Origin: Styela clava
Lineage: Eukaryota
Assembly: GCF_964204865.1 (NCBI RefSeq)
Contig: NC_135254.1
Location: forward strand, 10,788,001 to 10,852,000
Reading direction: 5' to 3'
Length of the DNA stretch: 64,000 nt
The notes beneath the pieces are model-generated. The model searched no databases. It saw only the letters and a list, made by a program, of their open reading frames with translations, and had not been told where the DNA came from. Below are positions 11,746 through 24,494 of the stretch, piece after piece. Each line of letters begins with the position of its first letter. Positions within the stretch are counted from its first letter, which is position 1. The translations under genes and the position numbers were made by a program.

Positions 11746-14700
11746 ATGAGAATTGAATCAATATTTTTGTTTATTCTTCTTCAATACCCGAGGCATCTGA
11801 ACGCAGCAGGTATTATTTTATTGTTATGACTTTTTCAGGAAATTTGCTAGAAACAAAGTCATTCATTCAAGGAAAAGGGAGCTTGATCACTGATCAATGT
11901 TAGTGCAACCACGAAACGCCATCAAGAAATTTTGAGACGTTAAGAGATTGAAGCATAGAATTGAGCGTTGGTTAATACCGATGGGCATGAGGCGTAAAAC
12001 TAACTGAATTTAACGGCTGAAAACTTTTAGAGGGACAATATTCAAAGATTCAAAAGAAAATTTTAAAAGCGGTAACAACGGTTGTCTGACAATGTGAATG
12101 AGTTTAGAAAATATAGGATTACATTACATCTCAAATATTAATTTATTTTGCCAGCATGTCGTGAAACGCCCATGGATCTTGTATTTGTGCTGGATGGATC
12201 GGGTTCCATCAGAGATGAGAATTGGGAGCTTATTAAGTCATGGGTCAAGTTGGTAGCAGAAAATTATGACTTAGGCGGATTAACACAGATTGGCATCGTT
12301 CAGTTCTCACACTGGTTTCCAAATGAAAGGTAAGCTTAGAAAGATATAATCATTCAACAAATCAACGTCAATAAAGTAAGATTTTCATTTTATTCATTTT
12401 GTAAGCCGAATTTATAATTTTTCTTTAAATTATTCAAAGCAACTGCTCAATCAATTAAAATTAATTTACCTATAAACAGCTGCCATGCCATGAATGATTT
12501 TTTTCAAGCGTCAGACCATGAATGTAGCTTCAAAAATTTTCTGACTTAAGTAATGAGCTGTGTTAAATATTGTAAAATTTTTGGACATGTTAGTGGACAT
12601 AACGATCGTTTCGTTATTATGTTATTGTTGTTCTTGTTGTTCTTTGTCATAGAAAAAAAAATCGTTTTTCTCTTTGATCACTGGACCAATCGCTTTGAAA
12701 TTTAAGTGCCTAATTTTTTGCTAGAAGGCTATTACTTTGATTTATTTTAAATATTCAAGTGAGCTGTATAAAATTCGTTATTTTGTGTGCTATGACGTCA
12801 TCAAAGTTTGCTACCATGTGGCGCTACGTTTCCATATATTGAGCATAGCTCTCTTGTTTTAATTACCCAAAAAGTGTTAATTTTAAACTTTGCCATTTTG
12901 TTGTTCCACTTCGCTTCGTGTTTTCACTGCTTTTATTTGAGTACAGTCAGCATACATTCTTCCAAAATCATTTTCGGCTTTTCTTTGGGTTTTCGAATCC
13001 ATTGTCATTCAAACACAAAATATGATAAAATGATTTTCATTTTTTTTAACAGCGCACAGCCATATTTAAAAACTGAAATACAGCTCGGAAAACTGAAGAC
13101 TGAAGCCCAATTCAAGGTAAAATATTCATCGAGCGTTGACTACCGCTGAGAGGGGTAGCGTCACGGTACGATCAGACGAGAGTGCTTGCTGATAATGTCT
13201 CAAGCATGGTAGAATAAAAAGTATTCTTCTATAAATAAAATACAATGGTGAAATTTAGAGTTAGTTATTGGGCGACATAGGTGTCAAAAAAAATTTGAAG
13301 AAAACAGCAATATCATTCGTAAAATCAAAAATACTAAACACCAAAATTCAGACGGACTTCGTGTGTACACGAAATGTAGTTTCCCAACAATGCTATTGAG
13401 CTAGTGTGGAGTCACGTTCTATGCAGAATAGAATTTAAAGGAAAATTTGTCGTATGATTTATCTTATTAAAAAGATTTGTTCACAAATTTGTGATATTTG
13501 AATATATCAAAATGCAATTAGCTTCAAAATAATAACTTAAACTGAGTATTCCTTAGGAAGCTGTTGACGAAATATTAATTCATGGATTCACAACTTACAC
13601 TGCACATGCTATCAACAAAACAGTAAACGATGATTTCATGAGATCTGATCGTTTTTATGATGCTTCAGTGAAGAAAGTCATTATTTTATTTACAGATGGA
13701 AGGTAATAACTTGTCTGAACAATGTCTGAATACACGCAAAATGCACCTTTGAAACGTATTGTTAACTGTTGTTAATGTTTTTGTCACTATTGTTAATGTT
13801 CACGGTTAATGTAATGTAAGTTAGCAGATTTCTTTCGATATATCCGAATATTTAGCCCCTCTGTTATTCAACTTTGGTTTCTGCGCGATATATATGGTAT
13901 TTCAAAGATAATTACTCAGAATTATTATTTCGTTTTATTATTCACTAAATTATTCTAATCAAAGTGATGCCCGCATAAGAATTCTTAGTTATTCTTGTAC
14001 AGAAATTTTTAATTTATTTGAAGATCTTACGACAGAAATGATTTGCCTTTGTCAGCAAAATATGCTCGATCAAATGGGATTACTATATTTGCAGTTGGTG
14101 CTGGAGGTTATGTAATGGAGGAATTACAGGTAACTGAAAAGTTGTGACAAATTGAAATAACTGAGAAAAAATAACTAAGTTAGTTATCAAAATAAAACTC
14201 TTTTTGACTGAGATTGATAAATAGCAATGTATTATGAATGTTTAAATATTGTTTCTTTTTGGGGATTTGTGAGTGAGATTCGCTTATGTATATTCTATGC
14301 TTCTCAGTTCCGGGTTTTTCACAAAATATTTTATTTAAATAATATTTTTGTGTTAAATAATTAGGGATGTTGCATGGAGAAATAATGTATCGCGGGAACT
14401 CAAAGCTGATATACGACCGGCACCGAGTACGTCTTCGCATTTGCAAAATGCTCGGTGACGTTCAATATAATCGCTGAAGAGCCCCAGTGGTGATGACGTT
14501 TGTGGCTGCGAGCCATCGCACAATTGTGTTGGATTTGTTCGAAATTACTGGATGGTGTGCGATATAGTAACTGTGGAAACACGCATACATAAAAGCCATA
14601 TTCGCATAATAAATTTCATTATAACAAAATGTCTAAAACTCTGGCGATTAATTTGTATTTCTTGATTAGATAAGTTAGGACACCATGATTCAGTAGTATT

Positions 14701-16124
14701 TAAAAAAGTTGAATGGCCATTATACGTTGTTATGTTTCATCAATAAAGTCAACTAATATGCATTATGCACATGCACGTGGTTTGCATTTAAATCAAGCCG
14801 GTAGACACCCAGGATCTCCACTGATACATGAGGCTCGTTCTCTAGCAAAACGTTAAGCCATGCATGCAAAATTGCTGATCAATATCTGCAGTGTATTGCG
14901 GAACTGTCAGTTTATTTGGACGCTGCGCGGCTCTTCAGCATATCAGCTTGTGCGATTTTCTGTGGCTAATTGTCAAAACATGTTCACTTGAATTCCTAAC
15001 TTCCAAAGTTTCCCCAGTTGTGGAATATCGAAATTAGTTTACGAGAAAATCTACTGGAGCAACATCCAACATTTTGTATTCACGTTTAACGACATAGTTG
15101 AATTGGGATCATATGAGGAAGTATCAAATGAAACGGTAACAAAAATATTTTTAGTAACGAACAAGACCTTTTATTTACAGATTATTGCTAATGGCCAGGT
15201 CAATAACAATGAACGAGTGATTACAGTTTCAAATTTTACTAGGCTGAATTCTACGGTTGATATTTTAAAGCAAGGTATATGCGCTATCCAAGGTAATGTT
15301 GATATTAATAGTCAGTTTTTATTGAGGCAGCTACGATGTGTTAGTAGCATATAATTTCGAACTACGTTTTCAAAATATTCTTTGCGCCCGAATCTGATAT
15401 TGAGCCAAGACACTATAATAATTAAATGTTCCACATCTCGACGTCATATGCCGAAATGGTATTCGATTTTTTTTTTGTTAAAATCAGTGGAATATGAAAT
15501 GAGATTATTTTTGCAGGCTACCACAGCAAAATTAACGATTGAAATTTGATTTCTCGTTTTCGAAAAGCATTTCGTTCAATGCGCAGAGCTAATAATAAAT
15601 AACTCATTTCCTACAGATTTTATGTCATATAATATAGAAATAACAAGGTATAACAGCTGAAATGTACAAATTAAAGAGGGAATTATATAAGATTCAAAAA
15701 AAAATATTTATATTTGTTTATAGTTCCCTTCATAGTGTCTCGCTACACTTGCACAACTTCATCGTTAGAGGTTCAATGGAAAACAACTACATTTAAGTCG
15801 ATCTTCTCCTACAGACTTCAAATTCAGGTTATATTGATAAATATAATGAAAATCATTACATTGGTCTAAACACTTTTACTATGCGCTAGAACATGCAATT
15901 TTATGCTTAATATCACAAATATGTATTTAACTTATAAGGATCTCAAGACCAAAGAAATCAAGGAGACAAGCGTTCAATTACTCATGAAAAAAGAACCAAC
16001 AATAAAAATTCACGAAGAAAAGACATCTTCGAAATTTGATTGTATCACTACGACAAATTTGTATATTTCAAGCAACTACGAAATCGTTGTTGAGGAAATA
16101 TCGGCAAAACAAATAATCAAATAA
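11746..16124 (+). CDS. VWA2: signal peptide-VWA-FN3, ~318 aa, last exon frameshifted (exons 11746-11809, 12155-12329, 13053-13116, 13557-13702, 14024-14129, 15181-15292, 15724-15827, 15939-16124)
   Basis: Signal MRIESIFLFILLQYPRHLNA; MIDAS DLVFVLDGSGS, T (GFTTYT), IILFTDG; IFAVG; FN3-like exons 7-8. A 1-nt shorter A-run near 16106-16109 gives an early TAA relative to copies 1 and 3. Confidence 0.85.
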
Positions 16125-16595
16125 AAACCATATTCAAAGTTCTTCACAATGCAAATGGGAAGAATATTATGCGGTTAACGTTTCTTGACTTTGTCTAAGT
16201 TATATTCCGGATATCAGACATTTTCAAAAAAATATATTTTTCACACATACCAACTTAAAACACATGTAAATCTATATCTGTGTGCGTGTTTTTTCATTCA
16301 GTGTATCGGTGGAAACCAAAATTAAACATATTAGGACAATCCATCTATTATATGCTGATAGCCACCACCACATTCAGAGTGTAATAAACTGGGTTAGGAA
16401 TGCGGAACCGGAAATAATCTGGTCCACCGAGCTCTGTTCTTTATGTCTTGACTACTTCCTTATGTAATTGACTACTTCCATGGTTTCTTTTTTGGAGTGA
16501 AATTGTGGATGACACTTCATAAAAATAACGCCAACTGACAGCTCCAAACTTGATTGGAATTCTGATTCGAATTGATAATACATTCAATTATTCAG

Positions 16596-16666
16596 GCTGT
16601 ACTTGGGCATATGACAATGGCAAGAAAAGCCAACACTGCTTGAAAACACAATCAAACTCAGTTCAG
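16596..16666 (+). pseudogene. Orphan exon downstream of VWA2 (GCTWAYDNGKKSQHCLKTQSNSVQ)
   Basis: AG/GT-flanked and homologous to 3877-3947. Confidence 0.5.
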
Positions 16667-17196
16667 GTGAATTAAACTGAATGTTCTCTTTGCCATTCAG
16701 ATTCCAAATTCAGATTTCAGATTCCGTAAAATAGATTATCACCATGTAATATAAATAGATTGAAATCATGTATTCAAATTTATATGAAAAATATGTAGAT
16801 TTTTTAATATTTTTCGAAATTGTTTTCGAGATCAGTTTGCTTTGATACATTTTAATTGTATATTTACTATGAACACATTTAAAACCTATATTAGTAAATT
16901 AAAAAAAAAACGAATGTAAGAAAGTTTTAATTTTATTTGGTTATTGTATTACAATCTTGGAGAAACTGTCATTGCCATTATCCTAATGTTTAGTACAAAA
17001 CAATATTATTTAGTTTATATACTCTGTCGAATAACTTATCCTCGAACGTAAGGGCAGTCAGCTAACTAAAGAAAATCATTCGAGCATGTACGTTTTTACG
17101 TCACAACTCACAAATGCCGCCATCGGTATCACATCATGAGAAAGCGTTTACCAAGATTTTATTTGCGCTTCTTGTTTTCTTTTGAGATATCTAGGT

Positions 17197-17986
17197 CAGT
17201 GGTTTCCAAACTTTTCAGAGTTGGGACCCACTAATTATTACCACAGCTTTTGGCGGCCCAATTAACTTTAATTAAATTTTTTTTTATGACATAACACAGA
17301 ACACAGCACTGGCTAATCATTGTAAAACTACCGGGTTTCCTCGAAAATAAGACCAGGCCTGAAAATAAGATAATAATTTGAATTTTCAAATGATTTTAAT
17401 TAAACCTTACCCTTAAAATAAATTTAAAATGTATGGAGGAGGAAAGGTTCATTGGCCTGAGGTAAGGTGAAGATCACACCACTATTCAAGATTGTGTGAT
17501 ATCACAATTATGATATTTGTCACTTGATTTTTGTATAGGAAATACAAATAGAAACAATGGACGTCGGTTTTTATATAATGTTTAGTAAAAAATCTTGTGA
17601 TTTTCTACAATGTGATTATATTTTTGATAAATGAACACAAAAGACCTCTTCCAAAAACAACCATAGTGTTATTCTTCAAAAGAAAATAAATCTGAATCCT
17701 GACTAAATTTCAGGGAAACACGTTAAGAAGTGCTGTACAGTGTACAAAACACTATGCGTAAAAAAGCCACATGGTCATTCTTGTTACTTTGAAAAGATCG
17801 TAAAAAGGAAACTTTCACAGATTAGAATTTAATTTATTTTGTTTTTATGAAGATTTACGTATTCGAGTCGCCCCCGATCCTAATAACCAGTATAATTAAC
17901 CAAATCTTTCGACATCTTTTCACGACCCACTAAGATTCCTTTTGCGACCCACCAGTGGTTTGCCACCCATAGTTTGGGAACCGCTG
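17197..17986. mobile_element. Non-autonomous hAT (Charlie-like) element
   Basis: TIRs cagtggtttccaaact / agtttgggaaccgctg; perfect 8-bp TSD atctaggt (17189-17196, 17987-17994); absent at the paralogous site near 4615. Confidence 0.88.
17331..17723. mobile_element. Tc1/mariner-like MITE nested in the hAT element
   Basis: Imperfect TIRs ccgggtttcctcgaaaataagac / gactaaatttcagggaaacacgt, each flanked by TA. Confidence 0.6.
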
Positions 17987-18769
17987 ATCTAGGTCATATT
18001 TGAACAAATACATTCAATTTAAAAAATTAATTTGTGAATATATGCTCACAAACCAATTTTGTATTGAATATATAAACGATACCACCAAGTTTCAAATTAT
18101 TAATATCAGTTATTGCAAGAAGAATGTCAATGGCCTCCACAAACAAAGAATGAAAAAAACTTCACAAAAAATGTTTCTAATTCAGAAGGAAACGTGAGAT
18201 GGCTGGTATCAGGATAAAGCTTTCCATAGATTATGACTTTAATTTACTCGAGTTTAGAAATATTTGTTGAAAACACTTGATAATTAGACAATAGTGCTTG
18301 TGTACCCGTTTTCATTTATGGTGGGAAATAGAGAGCCAAGGAATATCACAATGTATCCATAATATACTATATCAAACTTATATTATTGAACGGGACGCTT
18401 GAAAAAGGGCAAATGTATTTCAAAGAAACCATTAGCAGTTCAGATCATGTCATGAGAGTTATACAAATCTAGATCCTCCTTAGTTGGTTCGTATGCCACT
18501 TCCGGTCCTCGCCGCATTTAAAAAAACGCATCAGCAGATGACTTAACTACACGTGACTTGCCTTTATAATGAAAGAACCGAATTTCACATCCGAATATTA
18601 CTAAATAAATTTATTTTGTTTCAATAAATATCAGTCAACACAAGAGCAGAAGTTCAAGAACAAGTAGTAATAGTTAAAGTAACAATGTGTATATGTGTCT
18701 CGGAAAGAATAACATGATTCAGGATTGAACAAAAATGACAAAGGGTGATCGCCATTTATATTCAACATG

Positions 18770-21700
18770 TCAAGCATCATATTCATTTTCAGGCATTGAA
18801 TTGATGTACGGATGTTCTTTTGTTGTACGATCATTCATTTCTTCGTACTGATGATCTCCGTCTTTTATTTCTTCATAATTATGTGGGATTTCATAATTAC
18901 CTTCTTTTTCTTCTCTTAACTCATTATTTCCGGAGTTCAATTGTGATGTTTGAATTTTATCATATTGTACATAAGAAACCGGGACGTCATTAACAATCCC
19001 ATTCATCTCTGAAAGACGTTGTGGTTGAGTTGCGATTTTTTTAGAAATTCCCCTGTAAACAACAATAAACTTGAAATAATTCACACGTAGGCTTTTGAAT
19101 AAGAAACAATGGATTTTTTTTTTTATTGAATTGCTTCTAATAACATATATTAGCTAAACGTCATCGTGATCGGACGAAAATGTTAGAGCCCAGTATTTAA
19201 GACATTGTTCCAGACATTGAGATTGTTACTGCTGTATAAAAGATTTTATTTAACTTATTCAATTGAGAGGAAATACTCAAAATCGTTTAAAACTTACACA
19301 TTTTATTGTTGGATCGAACAATTCTCACCTCATTACTCTGCATCTACGAATCAGCAAAACAATTCCAAATAAAATGACTGCAAGAATCAATGTGAAAATG
19401 GATGAGATAATTGCAACCAATAGAATGTTGTGTTCTGCAATATATTTCCATATATAATAAGAATCATAAACCTCAATAAATTTATCAGGTGCGACCACAA
19501 ACAACTACCTAACAGTACAGAAAACGGGTTAAATATGAGTTGTAAAAGACAAAAAGTCAGTGAGCATATTGAACCACAAAATAGTAGTTTAGAAAATCAA
19601 ATTATAAGCACTTGAGACTAATGTCTCTTATAATTTGTAAGCTATATAATCTTACCACTAGAAGTCGTTGTGGTAGTATTGATTGCACCAGTGGGAATGA
19701 GAATGTTTATCTCAGTAGTTTTTGTGTAATTTGCATTGGCAGACAATGCGGAAGTATGTGTCATGTCAGTAGGAGTTGTAAATTCATGATATTTATTTGT
19801 TGTTGTCATTTCAACGGTTGAAGGGGTGGGCGTTGTTTCACAGGTAGTGTATCTTGAACAATTGGTCGTCTGAAGAAAGTAATTGTGATTTAGCAATATT
19901 TCGATTCAATATATGTACGATAATTTTTTATTTATTTCAGCGGTTATTTAAATCTGTATAATGTTCTTCAAAAAGTTTAAAAATATAAAAAAGCTCACAA
20001 AAATATTGATTCACATGCTAATGAAAAATATCGAAAGTGAATAATTCAGATGAATCAGAAACCTTTTTGGTAATTCGTCAATAGCCAGGTCCTGCGACCT
20101 GAATCAGAAATATTGAAGATTCACTTTTGAAAGTGCAGCTTATACATTAATATAGTAAAAACTAATAAAAAAAACATAGAATGATAATCATTTTTCTTTT
20201 AAGCACTTTAGAAGATCAAAAATTGTTAAATTACTACAAAAAGTGGCTTTCCCTATTTTTTACCTCAAAATTAGAACCAATGCAATTATTGGGCCCCATC
20301 CTGCTCGAGTCAATGCATGTCCGATTTCTTACTTTCATCATAGAGCTGCAGTTACATATACTCCACGATGACCAGGTTTCCCAGTATTTTCCTACACAGT
20401 GTAAACATAATCATACGTACGATTCCTCTTTTTATTGATTTTATTCGTGGTCCATATTCCAACTATATCATATTCTAAACTTTATGCTCTTTTAATTTGT
20501 TGAATCTTACAACTAAATATAGATTCAGAGCCAGGTTTTTTTTGTCATAATTGAAACTAAGTTAAGTTGGAGTTCGTGTAAATTTGTATTCCTTTTCGCC
20601 GTTTGAATTCGTCTCAACTCGCTTGTCACCAGACATTTTACTCACCGATATGGCGTTGACACACCAATCCTTTCAACCCTGTTGCTCCAGTGTCACAGTC
20701 CATCGTATGCCATAGAAGATTTGCGTCATAAGTTTTTTGTTCACCTATCGATACACAAGTCTGTGTTCCACTATCAGTATCATGATTGTTTGGTTCTCCT
20801 TCATCCCAACGAATGAATGAAAGGTTTGTTCCGTCGTTCCATTGAAACATCGACTTTGATTTGTCATAAACAAGTCCAATGTAAAATGTGTATGGTTCTC
20901 CTGTAATAAGACATATCATATCGTCACGCTAATAATCGAATTGCGTAAGTCATTTTTGGCGATTTCGAGTTTTTTTTATAAATTAGGTATTTATGTAATG
21001 CTGCGCACCTGTCTGTTAAATCAGATTTTATTTTAAGAATTCCGAAACCCATAAAAATGGAGATTTAGTATTACAGGCACATTTGTGCAATTGTTTCGTC
21101 ATAATGAATTATCATTGTTACCGCAGGACTATTGTGACGTCACAAAGGCAAAATAACCTCGGCCAAGTATTTTCGAGTTTTTGCATCTCGGATTCTAGCT
21201 TAGCGCGTATTAATTTGAATTTTTACTACAGTATAGGAAGACGTGCACTTGTGATATTCACTGTCCGAGTCCAATTCACCTTGGTTGGCTTTTATATTGG
21301 GTGCATTGCTGTTTTATTCTTTATATTTATTCTTAGTCTAATTTCGGTGGATGTGCAGAACATGTTATATCGATGAAATATATATTTTTAAACATAAAAA
21401 ATAATGTAATTGAAACTGATTAGCTATTTTGGGGATTAGACATTGTAGATACTGAGAATTACATTCGTTTTTGGAATGTTTTGTTTTCAGGACTTGTGCA
21501 TATAGTAAAGATGCAAAATTGCGTATGTCCCCAAGTCATACACACATTTCTGCCTAAGTCACAGTGCGCCATTATGACGTCACAACCTAAATCCGGCTAC
21601 GATCAAAACATTGAACCATGGCAAATCATTGACTCTCAATGGCACAACAATATCATTAGGAAGTTTTTTACGTTTTTCTCAAAACTGCTAAAAATGACTT

Positions 21701-24494
21701 ACGCAATTCGGTTATTAGCGTGACGATATTGTTTTATACTGCTAGGGCACGTCTAGACAAGTGTTTTAGCGATGAACAATCGGTTGAAGCGTTAGCTCTA
21801 ACTGTGTTGGCATTGCAGATTACGCATCTTCGTTTCAAAAGCCATCCCACGTCACCCGTGGGTGCAATGAATTGATCAGACAACGCCAAACAGTTATAGA
21901 ATCTCCCTATATATTGTTAGATATCAGTGGTTTTTGTACAGGTCCGCGTTCGCGTCCTTGTGTGTGTCATATCCCACAGGGATCGGACTTATTGCATTTC
22001 GTTCGTAATGCCATCAACGACCGAAGTTATTATATCGGCGCAATACATACACATTCATTGACTTTCAATACTTACAATAATGCACGTACCTGATCCATCA
22101 AAAATGAGTGCTTTTATAAATCTTTGTGTTATTTTATTCTTTATTAATGCTAATTCGCCTCCTTCATTTTTGCAAAATGTTTTCGAATATTCATAAGAAC
22201 TTGAACTACCACCCGGTGAAACATAATATTCATAACTTCCATTGGGAAACCAGTTTCCTCGACCTGTTTCACAAATGAAATACCAAATATTTGAAAAATA
22301 CCAGAATCTCGAAACATGCGCAGCGAAAATGCACGGTGGAACGAGATGCCATCAGGTATTGCAGGCGCTTGGTTTTCTTTAAATACTAAAGTCAAAAATA
22401 AAGAGAAGCGGTAATATAGGGACTATTTAAAATTTTTTGGAATATTAGCTATTTTATCACCTTTTGATTAGAGCGAATAGCATAGTTAAAGGCAACGGCG
22501 TGAGTCAGTGGAAACATTCGTAACATAATTACAAAAAGACGTGTGTTCGACGTGACTTATGTGAAAGAGTTTAACAGAGCCCATTGTTCATTTCCCAATC
22601 TCTTTTTAGCATTAATTGTAATAATTGGTCAGTTTTCGGGAAATGAAGACGTAATAATATAATTTTAAAATGAGTTTTCCATTCTCACCTAGTTGAGTCG
22701 GAGCTGTGTTCATAAAGGCACAGGTAGCGGATGGCGTGCATATCTAAAAACAACGTTCAAATTGTTCATTTGGGCATGCAAGTATTTTAACCGAGCCAAC
22801 TATAATAAACAAGCATTTTGAACGGAAAGTCAATCATAATAAGTTATATATCTAAAAAACGTTTACTTCAGACTGTGTTGCCGTGTCATTGCATAAGTAT
22901 GGACCAATTCTTCCGCTGTCAACACAAGTTCGGTTAGGCTGTCTTATTCCCGGGCATTCACAACTTCCCCAAGATTCCAATGATCCCCAATTCCAGCCTG
23001 CAGAAACATACAGAGTAAAATAGGAAGTATATTCTTTACAACTAAGTATTCTGGATCAATTTTGTATCAGTAAATGTAAATCAAGATGAACTTTTAATAC
23101 AGTATGAGCGGAAGAAACAATAGCATAGCTGTGCAAGGTATATAAGTAGTGATAAGATCAAAAACAGTTAGTTATTTTTGCTTGCAGTAAATTTATGATA
23201 TTTTGAAACTGCTTTCTTTAAACATAATTTATCCTGTTAAATTTAAAATATTGGACCCAGATAACCCAATTCTCAATTTTGCTCAAAGCAAAGTTAGTCG
23301 CACTCATTCGGAATAAAGTATACTAGTATCTGATAAATATACGGGCGGTCGCTAAAATGCCAAGTGTCATTGCAATTATACAGTATTTTGGTGGTGCAAT
23401 AAACACCAGCGGATGCCTGCTGATGCGTTACTATAAGCAGTTCAAATTAATGCTATAATGAGCATAATCATGGGCAGTAACTCTTGACATGGTTAAAATT
23501 TACCAAATTGGCGTTAAAATATATAAATAGTTATTTGCATAAAGATTATGACTCTTGTGTTTTACAAAGTTCAGACGACCATTTATTGCATGAAAGATTA
23601 GTCCGTATTCACAAAAAATACATAATCTACAAATTAAGTATACATTTATTACAAACAAATGTTGTTACCGATTAATCGTTGGCAGACAAATCCAGTTGGC
23701 AAATTCGCAGCGCAGGCGACGTCATACCACGGTAGATTTGCATAATACGTGAGAAACCATCCCATAGCAACACACGGTTGGGGTCTCCCACTAGAAGGTT
23801 CTCCTGAGTTCCAGTTAATGTAGGTTAGTTCTGAATTGTCATTCCATATGAAGGTATTACTTGTGCCAACTTCGTTTAATGCAATATAAAATCCATAGGG
23901 TTGTCCTGTGGATAATGAAATGCCTTAGCTTAGGGTAATAAAACGTTTTGTCGTGTGTAATATTTGTCCAATATAACCATGAATGATTGGGGCTGTTGAA
24001 CATAATTGGAAACATGTGCGAACACTTGAATACTGATGAATTAAGAATATTAAGAATTCATAAACCAACGTATGGGGATTTCTCGCGCAAATCCCCAAAC
24101 CGATGAGCAAAGGATTCTAATGACTATGATGATAAATAACCTCAAGCAAATTCATTCAGGGATTTGGGATAAAACGTGAAATATCCTATTTACCTGAGGT
24201 AGCTGAGACTTGATTCTGAATAAACGTTTGAATCTCACTCGTTTTTATCATTGCCATCTCACCATCATTGTTTTTACAGAATGTTTCACCATCGGCATAT
24301 GGTTTTATATCATTCTTTCCGGATACGTAGTATTGGTAACTTCCAAATGCATTCCACTCACCTCTACCTGGTTCGCAAAAATAAAGAGTTTATGAATAAG
24401 CACATAGTATGAAAGACCGGATGATATATCATATATACCAACCTGCGTTAACGACGGCAATCATCCAAGCAAATATCAAAAGTTGCTCTTTCAT
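18770..24494 (-). CDS. Receptor A2: SP-CTLD1-TSP1a-linker-CTLD2-TSP1b-mucin-TM-acidic Tyr tail, ~602 aa (exons 24494-24443, 24367-24194, 23905-23669, 22997-22867, 22743-22689, 22263-22090, 20900-20646, 20391-20264, 19869-19656, 19434-19329, 19052-18770)
   Basis: Eleven phase-compatible GT-AG exons, 1809 nt. CTLD1 has EPS/WYD and CTLD2 has EPN/WHT; two TSP1 exons; TM ILLVAIISSIFTLILAVILFGIVLLI; tail motifs YDKI, YEIP, YEEI, YEEM, YINS, YDA. Confidence 0.9.
20921..21726. mobile_element. Tc1/mariner-type MITE (~806 bp) in A2 intron 6
   Basis: ~36-bp TIRs tcgtcacgctaataatcgaattgcgtaagtcatttt / aaaatgacttacgcaattcggttattagcgtgacga with TA on both sides; empty site in B2 near 52890; second copy at 27827-28645. 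Confidence 0.88.

Noticed and set aside
12560-12830. Copy-specific intronic insertions (also ~14255-14590 and ~52010-52330)
   Set aside because: Probably repeats, but I could not define termini or TSDs well enough to call them.
21083-21723. ORFs inside the 806-bp element (also 27974-28607)
   Set aside because: No transposase motifs and the frames differ between the two copies; non-autonomous MITE.
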